In this document: positions 56,401 to 64,000 of the stretch, piece by piece
Layout of the letters: every line of letters starts with the position of its first letter
Position numbering within the stretch: the stretch's first letter is position 1
Made by a program: the position numbers and the translations under genes
Notes under the pieces: model-generated
What the model was told of the DNA's origin: nothing
Databases searched by the model: none
Seen by the model: only the letters and a program-made list of their open reading frames with translations
Assembly: GCA_009859145.1 (NCBI GenBank)
Contig: VRVR01000002.1
Span: forward strand, 192,304 to 256,303
Direction: 5' to 3'
Length of the DNA stretch: 64,000 bases
From: Andalucia godoyi And28
Lineage: Eukaryota > Protista > Jakobida

Positions 56401-56790
56401 CAACCTGGTACGCGCGAGATGATTTTGAAACTGCGCAATCGCATCCAACGACGAAATGCTTCCGGAGTCTCGAAGATGCGTGTCGTGGTTTCCAAGAATA
56501 ACGGAAACCGGAGCCACTCGCGATAGGTCGGCAATCCACTTCATCGCCTCATTCAGTGCTCCAATATGCACAGAATCTCTCGTATTCAACACGTCCCCAC
56601 AGACAAAAATGTGCGAAACTGTCTGCAAACGAAACGTCTCCACCACCCACTCACCACACTCTGCAACTCGGTCAAGCACGCGCTCGTCAAAATGAATGTC
56701 TGACACAAGTCCCCATTTTAGATTGCTATTTGGAGCAGTCGCCGATAACCGACGCAGTGGAGCAAATGTGCCTAACACTCGGCTGTTCAT
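53485..56790 (-). CDS. Fusion of SbcD/Mre11-like metallophosphoesterase and SbcC/Rad50-like ABC ATPase (T4 gp47-gp46-like)
   Basis: SDIH, GDVLN, GNHD, GHFH, YVGAPLQH.FGD nuclease motifs, then NFMS, GMNGAGKS (Walker A), coiled coil, SAGQRKR signature, LMLDE (Walker B), VVSH. Probable ATG at 56790. Confidence 0.88.
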   Translation of the reverse strand: MNSRVLGTFAPLRRLSATAPNSNLKWGLVSDIHFDERVLDRVAECGEWVVETFRLQTVSHIFVCGDVLNTRDSVHIGALNEAMKWIADLSRVAPVSVILGNHDTHLRDSGSISSLDAIAQFQNHLARTRLYKEPSIVVIDGVQCAMLPYALRDDALARFVHAHFPDAESKRRAVAFAHAEIPGAKISRRVDVSRLLSSAEISYTHRLLEDHRALETGPAEVSQEKPASQRGHYLDGFKMAFSGHFHVHQCVRPEIMYVGAPLQHHFGDAGDPRGVLVFDPVRNDVQRILNPKWDVFRHVSVSSQADMDALLTRTDFRGKAVTAVVTEPSLDRNRIQDIIRDLGTISSRVQPMWLSKMTARQQFNVSVGDRTSSGTAVPLRREEWLSSMVQNFVHSALSTSPMSFQSRCIAAGERLFSNAQQGKGRSGGGANVSNARGFVADLKRVGITNFMSCKGEHVLEFSASSDAVWMVTGMNGAGKSLIMEAISWCLFGKLLRSDMAIKDVVNDSCDAESACVVRVSFGNGFEIERRRNRSSRVNQVTVFQDNVELSRFSKGTVGASDEDISLNLLGIDFDTFSRSVIVSEEILSSYFASAGHKDRVLFVEKIFGLGDLDDAHIVCRAQLRQTEEAHERARVQLLEYRRVVRDSEFEFQRLSSSQQELQLHIAESQTMVSTMEGKLAVLQTGLQENAAQSDALFSALSISGVTDGDGDGDAMNMNDVHPLQRRGLLQHEAQRTHVHQQPSSLHLKRSLFLDVHSAFAAYIQKWQRLEDCIETQGSPVVVAVHSANQRLHDCLVSVRSSCIPDGNETPVQCIQNAGQPQPQPQRHESIAELRKRRFTEIQTRNKQALSDFQATLTSLSKAQARLTFLQDEVRRTNSQMSTLLEKSRDEASRISTQETAVSDLADKKNELEFWMEALDRGRKSSGPNADVPATLRSFILKSAVETLNKILAEYSALLFRNTTIPLTVKLDSQLKLLGDIGKRSAGQRKRVDLCILFALFEVLRLNATFQPRFLMLDEVFDSLDDNGQLAILDMFWDLTSRFGSIFVVSHSMQLKALDSRSMNRIAVSFDARCGTHFQTVVHMKKTVEKMLPVESSIEKQL

Positions 56791-57096
56791 GAAATCATCA
56801 TCAGTAAGCACTCTACCCAAAAGAAAAAGAAAGAGAAAACAAGGTAAGGGAATTGGGGCCAACAGAAGATCTGTGGGGCCCAATTAAGACAGCGAGCGTT
56901 TTCTGTTAAGTCTGTTAATTTGGGTGGACGGACGCACACCGCACGGAATTGGGGGTTCTTGCGTGAGGTCGGGGGGGGAAGAGCTTCGCTACGCTCGCTG
57001 AAAAGGAAAAATGCAACGAGCGGAGACACTACTTTAGGATTTTTCTCGTCTGGCCTTGGGAAGTTCAAATTCTATCCAAGGGAACGATCGTAGTCC

Positions 57097-57165
57097 TCTC
57101 CAAACTTGCTTGCACCGGTTTGAATACCTGGTTGATTCCGACACAAGAACGGCGCGTCGCTGGAT
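57097..57165 (-). pseudogene. Short Fanzor1 C-terminal remnant (..APFLCRN..)
   Basis: Exact 17-mer gattccgacacaagaac (57134-57150) is shared with 63245-63261; similarity extends ~60 nt. Confidence 0.6.
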
Positions 57166-57304
57166 TCGTAAGCATCCTCATGCGCACCCTCTTTGGATGC
57201 TGGCAAAACCGAAATAAAGGTAACACAAGGCCATTTCCATAGCCGCAACATTTGTTCGTCGTGCGCCTACATTGTGCGCTAACCTCGGATGATCATCGCT
57301 GATC

Positions 57305-57838
57305 ACCCATAATCAATGTTGCAACCGAACAACATGCATAGCATGATTGGGAAGGGGGCAGGCCACAACACGCCCCTCGGCATGAGAGATGTTCCCAAGA
57401 TAGATGTAGATGCTCCGCGCTCCGTTCCCAATCTCGATCAATCGGTGAGCCACTTTCTCAGCGTGACACGTTGTTCCTGAGAAGGGTGCATTTTGAGTCT
57501 GGCGGCCCTAGCAGCAGGCGCAGTGACACGTGATCTCTTAGGAGGTCTGCGGGACCTAGGAGGCCCTGTATCGAGCGGCGTAGGCGTAGGCGAATGCGTC
57601 ATCCCAGCGCACTCACGCCCATATTTGAATAAAAGAGTGAAACCAACGAATGATAGAATAGATGGCTACGGATGCTGCCTTAAATAATGTCGAAAATGTG
57701 TTACCTAATGAATTCTGGCCGAGCGTGCGTAAGCACGAATTCCCTGTGAAACAAAACGTGCCAGTGTCGGCCAGTATTGACCGTGTCTGTTTATGTATAC
57801 TTCCGTATGCATGACAATGACGTGTTATTATTCAACGG
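57305..57838 (-). mobile_element. Non-autonomous Fanzor2/IS607-TnpB-like mini-element, copy C
   Basis: Reverse-complement copy of A, near-identical over ~57420-57680, with the same junction and extra G. Right-end hairpin at 57311-57348. Confidence 0.8.
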
Positions 57839-57939
57839 TTTTGAGGAATTGCCGGAATATCGGAATTGAATCTTACGGAAGCGCCCTTATTGTTGTTATT
57901 ATTGTTGCTGTTTGTTGGTAGGTTGGTTCTTGGAGAAAA

Positions 57940-58959
57940 ATGTTGTGTGGATATCGGACTCGAGGATTGGGAAGGAAAATATGGCCGATTCTCTCGCGTC
58001 GGTTCTCGTCATTTAATGGCGAAGGAAATGCAAACGAAACGACGCATTTTGGCTTCCAGCAAGTTCCCATTACGGAGAAGAAGAAGCGTGTTGGCGAAGT
58101 GTTTCATGGAGTTGCAGACCGGTATGATCTGATGAACGATCTGATGAGTGGTGGGATCCACCGGCTGTGGAAAGACCACTTTGTCTCATCCATTCGACCC
58201 GCTAAAGGAATGCAAATCTTGGACGTTGCTGGCGGAACTGGTGACATCGCGTTCCGAATGGTGGACCGCATGATCGCTGGCTCTTCATCATCATCAGCTC
58301 TTTCCACTTCCTCTTCTCTCCCAGACATTCCAATTCTCGGATGTATTTCCCGCATGTTTTCTCCCCTTCCCGAGCCACCGAGACGGGCGCATTCACAACA
58401 GGCCCAAAGGTGGTCTGCGACCGAGCGTCAAGAGTCTCCGTCGGCTTCACGGGTTGTGGTTTCCGACATCAATTCATCAATGCTGGATGTTGGCCGGTCG
58501 AGAGCAGAGACGCGTGGATACATTTCAAAGGGACAGCAAAACGGGATTGACATTGATTTCCAAGTCGCCGATGCAGAGTCGCTTCCCTTTGCTGACGAGT
58601 CGTTTGATGTGTACACAATTGCCTTTGGTATCCGGAACTGCACAAAACCTGAACAAGTGCTCAAAGAGGCACACCGGGTTTTGAAAAAAGGTGGAAGGTT
58701 TGCGTGTTTGGAATTCTCACGGGTAGATACTCCTGGCATCACTCAGTTATACGACTTGTTTTCGTTCCAGGTCATTCCCGCGATTGGACAGGTCGTTGCA
58801 AACGACAGAAGCTCGTACCAGTATCTCGTTGAGAGCATCCGACAGTTTCCGCCACAGGAAGAATTTCTCCAAATGATCAGAGATGCAGGCTTCCGAGCTG
58901 CTCAATTCGAAAACTTGTCGTTTGGTGTTGCGGCCATCCACTCGGGTGTTAAACTGTAG
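57940..58959 (+). CDS. COQ5: Ubiquinone biosynthesis C-methyltransferase COQ5/UbiE
   Basis: THFGFQ, VFHGVADRYDLMNDLMSGGIHRLWKD, LDVAGGTGDIAFR, YTIAFGIRN, YQYLVESIRQFP; mitochondrial presequence. Confidence 0.97.
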   Translation: MLCGYRTRGLGRKIWPILSRRFSSFNGEGNANETTHFGFQQVPITEKKKRVGEVFHGVADRYDLMNDLMSGGIHRLWKDHFVSSIRPAKGMQILDVAGGTGDIAFRMVDRMIAGSSSSSALSTSSSLPDIPILGCISRMFSPLPEPPRRAHSQQAQRWSATERQESPSASRVVVSDINSSMLDVGRSRAETRGYISKGQQNGIDIDFQVADAESLPFADESFDVYTIAFGIRNCTKPEQVLKEAHRVLKKGGRFACLEFSRVDTPGITQLYDLFSFQVIPAIGQVVANDRSSYQYLVESIRQFPPQEEFLQMIRDAGFRAAQFENLSFGVAAIHSGVKL

Positions 58960-59295
58960 CCCTGCAGCGAACCTTGCGTGCCTCCTTGTTGTTTCCCCCT
59001 CCCCCATGCTTTGGTGCACCGATTGAAAGCATAAGCGAGGAGGGGAGATAAGACGTGATTTGATTTTTAAAAAATAACTGACAATCCAATGTGCAGGAAA
59101 TCACGATAGATGTCATTTTTTATGAAAGTAATACGGCGGGGGTGGGAGGGTGGGGAAGAAGAGGGGAAACACAGACAGACAGCAAGCATATAAATGAGCA
59201 GAACCATACAAGCATACAAAGCAATCATTCAACCAAAAAAGGAGGGCGAGAAGAAACGCAATACAACGAAAGAGCAGTCAACAGTGGACTTGTTA

Positions 59296-59502
59296 TTATG
59301 CGCCAAGCAACATTGAGTTGATTGGGATGTGCACGAGCTTGACTGCGAATCCGATGACCCCCATCAAAAGGAACCCAACACCAGTGGCCATTGCGACCTT
59401 TTTGACGTCGGATGCAGACGGCTTTTCACAGCGATGGAAGAATCGCTTTGATTCGTTGAAAAACGTTGATATTTCCTCGATTGCTTGTCCTACGTGGCTC
59501 AT
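59296..59502 (-). CDS. SEC61G: Sec61 gamma subunit
   Basis: F...S.RF..RCEKP...D..KVA.ATGVGFLLMGVIGFAVKLVHIPIN. Confidence 0.96.
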   Translation of the reverse strand: MSHVGQAIEEISTFFNESKRFFHRCEKPSASDVKKVAMATGVGFLLMGVIGFAVKLVHIPINSMLLGA

Positions 59503-60001
59503 TTCTAATATTTTTTTCTTCTTCTTCTGGTTGCTGTTGTTGATATCCTTGTGAACTAATAATTATTATGATAATTGAGAATGCTGCTGATGACAGTGGA
59601 GTGGAAATGCAAGATAAAGAAAAAGGGAAGTCATCATCACAGCAAAGCTCAATGCGTGTGGCTTCACAAGAAAATCCTTGTCAGACTCTGCAAAAAGTCA
59701 GTGCACAAAAGGGATGACACGTGTGTGTGTGTGTGTGTTTGAAAAACAATGGCCACAACCCTTTAGTCGAAAAGCCCTAAAAGGTCTGGGTACTCTATGC
59801 TGGACCCGCGTCGAAAGAAACGTTAAAAGAATTTCCTTCTCATTTCGCTTCCAAAACACGTCTGGCTTTCTTGCTTTTCAATTTATGTATGTTTTGTTTT
59901 TGTTTTTGTTTTTGTCTTTCTTCTTCTTCTTTCATTTCAGTATCTTCGTTATTTTTTATATATAGAAACGTCATTTATTTGAAATCTCCTGCTTTGCAAT
60001 C

Positions 60002-61150
60002 ATGTCTGTGGTTGATAGTGCTGCTGCAGCGCCTGTTCTGGCGTTTGCACAGCGTCTGAGTGCAGAGCAGTCTGCAGAAGAAAGCCGAAAGGTGACCGAA
60101 GACGCGCTTGCAGAACTTGCAAAAATGCTTCAAGATCCAGCTCTTGCAGCAAAACTGAAGAAAAACAAAAAGAAGAAGGGAGTCTTTAGGCGCATGAAGA
60201 GCAAAATCACAAAGATTATGCAAAGACGAAAGGAGAAGAATCGCGAACGGAAGGCCGATCGCATTCGTCAGGAGCTTGCACAGCTTGAGGAAATGCTTCG
60301 AACAAAGAAGACCAAGCTTGAATCCATTGCAGAAAAGGAAAACGAAATCTTGAATCCAATTCTAAAGACATCCGAAAAGATGTCCTCGTCTGCACCACCT
60401 ACTTCTTTCTCTCGTCACAACAACAATTGCGATACTGCGAATTCTACTTCTCACACTCTCTCCAGTTCCAATTCCAATACCACTTCTGATTCTAATTTCA
60501 GTTCCAATTCTCTTGCTGAACGCATGGCTGCACCGCCGCCACCGCCACCACCACCACCGATGATTGTTAGTGCCAGTGGATCACTCTCGATGCCGCCACC
60601 GCCGCCACCACCGCCAGGTCCTGCTCCGGGACCAGCGCAATCTGTTCCGCTGGTGCTTCCTGCATTCCCGCGAACGCCGATGAAGACTGCGGTTCCTGAT
60701 TTTCGATCTCCAGCAACACCTGCGGACATTGCGATGCTGATTCGACAGGCTGGGGGAATGGGTTCGTTGCGAAAGACGAATGTTCCACGGTCGCCTGGTG
60801 GAACCCCGTTGCGGGCCTCCAAAAGAACGAGATTCGACGATGAACAGGACCAGTTTGCACAGGCTCTCAAGCAGAAGTTTGCATTGTTGACGAAACTGAT
60901 TCAGGAAGATGACTCCGATGAGGATGAGGATCTGGACTTGAAGACCAGCTCGACAAATGACAGTTCGTCAAAGGACGGCAGGGAAGACGAGAACGTTGAT
61001 GAAGATGACGATGATGACGACGAGGATGATGACGATGACGACGAGGATGAAGATGAAGATGACGAGATGGAGAAGAATGACAGTGAAAATGGGGAGGTTG
61101 AGCAGCCTCCAGCAAAGGTTGCTCGGATTGCAGGACCAGCAATGCAGTAG
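60002..61150 (+). CDS. Proline-rich coiled-coil protein with PRR11/MTFR1-like motif
   Basis: Poly-Pro tracts followed by LRKTNVPRSPGGTP...FAQALKQKF; acidic tail. Confidence 0.55.
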   Translation: MSVVDSAAAAPVLAFAQRLSAEQSAEESRKVTEDALAELAKMLQDPALAAKLKKNKKKKGVFRRMKSKITKIMQRRKEKNRERKADRIRQELAQLEEMLRTKKTKLESIAEKENEILNPILKTSEKMSSSAPPTSFSRHNNNCDTANSTSHTLSSSNSNTTSDSNFSSNSLAERMAAPPPPPPPPPMIVSASGSLSMPPPPPPPPGPAPGPAQSVPLVLPAFPRTPMKTAVPDFRSPATPADIAMLIRQAGGMGSLRKTNVPRSPGGTPLRASKRTRFDDEQDQFAQALKQKFALLTKLIQEDDSDEDEDLDLKTSSTNDSSSKDGREDENVDEDDDDDDEDDDDDDEDEDEDDEMEKNDSENGEVEQPPAKVARIAGPAMQ

Positions 61151-61518
61151 CCGTGTTGCAATCGACGCGTCGTGTGTGTTTGTTTTTATTTTAAATTAAT
61201 GTTTTTTCTTCCATAAAAGTCAAGACCAGATAGATGATGTCAGTGTGCACCAAGGAAGATGCAGAGAAACCGCCGTCATATGGACAACAGAGAACGCAGA
61301 ATCCAAGAGCGCCCCACAGAGGCCTGTTAAAAAGAAAATCAAAAACGTTGGTCTTCATTGGTTTTCTGCCTAACCATGAGAAAAGGAAACCGTTCACGCG
61401 CACAACAGCGAGATCAGTTCAATGAACGTCAGGGATGGGAAAAGAGACCTGCTGTTTCTTCACAAACCCAGCAGGTAAAAGGGTAGAGGCACCGGTACAT
61501 GGACATTATACAGGACTA

Positions 61519-62937
61519 CTATTCAACAGCTGAAGCATCGTCAACAACCGTGAGCACATCGTTGCCAATTTGCCCTCCATCGTCGGTGACTGGGTGTTCG
61601 GATGATTCGAGAATCGACGGGAAGAAAACGCGAGTCGTCGACTCAACGGGGGTTCGACAGAATGGACACGTCTCGATTTCCGGTCCTTGATCCTTGTACT
61701 GCAGTTCGCACCATCGACAAAAACATGCATGCCCGCACGGTAGAAACACGAGTTCCACAGGCCTCTCAAAGCACGCAACACACTTGACGTCGGAGCGGGC
61801 GGTGGCACTCTCCACAAGTTCGTGGTCATGGCCCGCGTGTTCTATACGATGGTGAAGCACGCTATCGGACTCATCATGAAGTGTGCTGCTGCTGTTTCTA
61901 CTTGCAGCACCTCCGAGGATCCGACGTCTGGCGAGCCAGATGCGCATGGAGCGTTTTCTTTCTTCCCACCAAAATCGGAACGTCGCAGAATGACGAATAC
62001 GGCGAATCGACCACGATGTAGCCTTGAATGCAATGTATAGAATGACAACTCCGAGTATTGAATACTGCAATCGCCTGTGGACGAAGCCAGAAACTGCAGA
62101 AACTCGATTTTCGGGCCTTAGCACGATAAACGGAGACGAGCTGTTGGCAACAGACGGGTTCATAAACTCGTAGATTCTAGCCGCCTCCACAGGTGACATT
62201 CTCATCAGATCTGCAGCTTCCGCTGCTGTCATGGATGCCAAGATAGGGCGAAACATTCCGTACATGCACAGAACGTCTCCCTCGCGAAGCACCGAAACCG
62301 TCTTCTGCAACCCCACTGTCCAATCCTGAGCAAGAAACGAGTGCGGAACCGTAGCAGTCAGCGGCTCAAACGACGAAGCAGCTGTTCCCACGGCCTGAAA
62401 CAAGTCCCATGTTGGCTCAAATCGAACTCCATACACCTGCTCTCTGCCTACTCCGTTCATGAATGGGTGATCTCTCACACTGCCACTATTGCTCATGATC
62501 TGGACAAACGGATTCTTGAAAAGTAAACTCGGTTCAAAAGAGATTTTTTCGCTTACAATTCTCGACGAGGACGAATCTGCAAACGTCTTGGCTCCCATCA
62601 GTCCCAGAAGACCTCTCCGAGGAACATGCCTCCGAAACACCTCTTCAAAAACAGTTGCTTCTGCGCACACTTCTCCAGGATTCTTCCCGCAAGAAACGCG
62701 TGCCATAACCGATCCAATGCGAAGGCTATTAATTTCTGACGAGTCTCTGGACTTTGGCTCGTTCCAAAAGTCTTGATACGACCACGTGTGCTGGAGGAAC
62801 ACATTTCGAACCGGCTGTGAATCAACGAGGTTCTGTTGCGTACTGAGCATCTTCTGCTCTTTGTGAATCCATTTCAGCGAATAATACGCTGCAATCGGAG
62901 CGCACACTAGCCCGAACGTAGCCGTAACCAATTCCAT
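61519..62937 (-). CDS. Membrane RING E3 ubiquitin ligase, MUL1/GIDE-like architecture
   Basis: N-terminal TM, central domain, second TM, C-terminal C3HC4 RING CVACFERPVELVFLPCGHACFCRWC...CPFCR. Confidence 0.75.
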   Translation of the reverse strand: MELVTATFGLVCAPIAAYYSLKWIHKEQKMLSTQQNLVDSQPVRNVFLQHTWSYQDFWNEPKSRDSSEINSLRIGSVMARVSCGKNPGEVCAEATVFEEVFRRHVPRRGLLGLMGAKTFADSSSSRIVSEKISFEPSLLFKNPFVQIMSNSGSVRDHPFMNGVGREQVYGVRFEPTWDLFQAVGTAASSFEPLTATVPHSFLAQDWTVGLQKTVSVLREGDVLCMYGMFRPILASMTAAEAADLMRMSPVEAARIYEFMNPSVANSSSPFIVLRPENRVSAVSGFVHRRLQYSILGVVILYIAFKATSWSIRRIRHSATFRFWWEERKRSMRIWLARRRILGGAASRNSSSTLHDESDSVLHHRIEHAGHDHELVESATARSDVKCVACFERPVELVFLPCGHACFCRWCELQYKDQGPEIETCPFCRTPVESTTRVFFPSILESSEHPVTDDGGQIGNDVLTVVDDASAVE

Positions 62938-63191
62938 TATCCCCTCTCCTAAATATATATGTCATAATATATTTTTTTATTTTCAAAAAAATAATAAATA
63001 AAAATGGTTTAAACGCGAATGTCGAGACTCACTTCAGCTTGACTTGAGTGCCATGCGTCCAAAAACGGAAATTGGAAGCCGTTGAAGCACCTGGAAGAAC
63101 GATGTTGTTAGGGCACACCCATTTAAATCAATGCAGGGATTCCAGGAACGAGAGGCGTGAAATGCCTGGCAGAACCAGACATTTTCAATCT

Positions 63192-64000
63192 TCATGAGTG
63201 CCCTACGCGAGACTCCAGCTCGCTAGCACTAGGAATACTGCGTGGATTCCGACACAAGAACCGCGGTCGGCTGAGCCAGCACTGACGAATGTTCATCGCG
63301 GCGTTGGCATCGCGGCCCACGCACCGGCGGTCAGATGGGCAGTTCACTGTGGCGCAGTGTCTCAACCCCTGGTGGTTCGTGAAATGACTCCAAAGGGCAT
63401 TGACATGCGCCCTGTAGAAGTGAAGATGCGGAAACCAGTCGGCCTCTTGATTGGTCCGCGGCAGCGCCGACAACTCATCCAGAATCTCGCAAACACGACC
63501 GCTGCGTTGCCCCATCCACCTGCGCTCCGCATTTGCACCGGTGGCATGATACCACTGGTTGCGCATCTCGCTGCGCACGGCAGTCCCGTCGAACGCGGTC
63601 AAGATGTTTGCGCGCCCTGGGTCGATCCCGACAAGCGTCATGCCCGCCGGCACCTGACGCGGCTGCTGCTGCTGATCGTCGCGCCCCGCTGCCGCGCGCC
63701 TTCTCCTGGGGTGGGGCTCTCTGGGGACCATCTCGTCGTCAGCCGCACGCGGTCTGCACATGGTCTCGTACTCGGGGCCGAAGGACACCAACACGCCGTC
63801 CGTCTTGGCCGTCTGCGGGAATGGATGCGAAGACATGGCGACGCAGCTTCGCCTCAAGACCGAACTTGAAGCCGTTCGCCATGTTGGTTTGGCACTCTCT
63901 CGCGAGATGCCGCAACGCGTGGCAGTACTCCCCTCTGTACCCGACTCCCTGCAGCCGCGGATGGTCGTCCCAATGCTCCTCCGCAAAGGCGGTGAGTGCA
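63192..64000 (-). pseudogene. Decayed Fanzor1 (TnpB-family RNA-guided nuclease) gene; frameshifted and internally deleted; continues beyond the right edge
   Basis: KTDGVLVS, RuvC-I LVGIDPGRANILT (D 63621-63623), HC..VNC zinc-finger half, RuvC-III GRDANAAMNI (D 63309-63311), RPRFLCR tail. An upstream frame reads LRHLARECQTNMANGFKFGLEAKLRRHV. Visibly more GC-rich than host genes. Confidence 0.82.

Noticed and set aside
63198-63869. 223-aa plus-strand ORF
   Set aside because: Antisense to the GC-rich Fanzor1 remnant, with no recognisable motifs.

Overview
Gene-dense, intron-poor eukaryotic DNA in the standard genetic code, from a flagellated protist with aerobic mitochondria. The lineage cannot be fixed from the sequence alone. 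About 33 protein genes are supported. Ciliary: outer-arm dynein heavy chain (partial), SPAG17/PF6-like, RSP3, BBS12-like, NICN1. Mitochondrial: GluRS, NFS1, ERV1, COQ5. Housekeeping: DHX16, STI1, DBF4, TSR1, SNRNP40, SEC61G, GET4-like. The most notable items are absent from, or poorly shown by, the ORF track. (1) A three-copy family of internally deleted Fanzor2/IS607-TnpB-like mini-elements (about 30.4, 37.9 and 57.3 kb) joins the N-terminal HTH directly to the RuvC-III motif and keeps a structured right end, a candidate omegaRNA. (2) A decayed Fanzor1 lies at the right window edge, with a second Fanzor1 C-terminal remnant at 57.1 kb. (3) An Rdx/SelW-type selenoprotein has an in-frame UGA in a CxxU motif and a canonical SECIS. 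(4) An SbcD-SbcC (gp47-gp46-like) nuclease-ATPase fusion carries a possible mitochondrial presequence. (5) Two intronless genes look bacterial (SRPBCC, GNAT). Family calls come from motifs recognised by eye; no database search was run.
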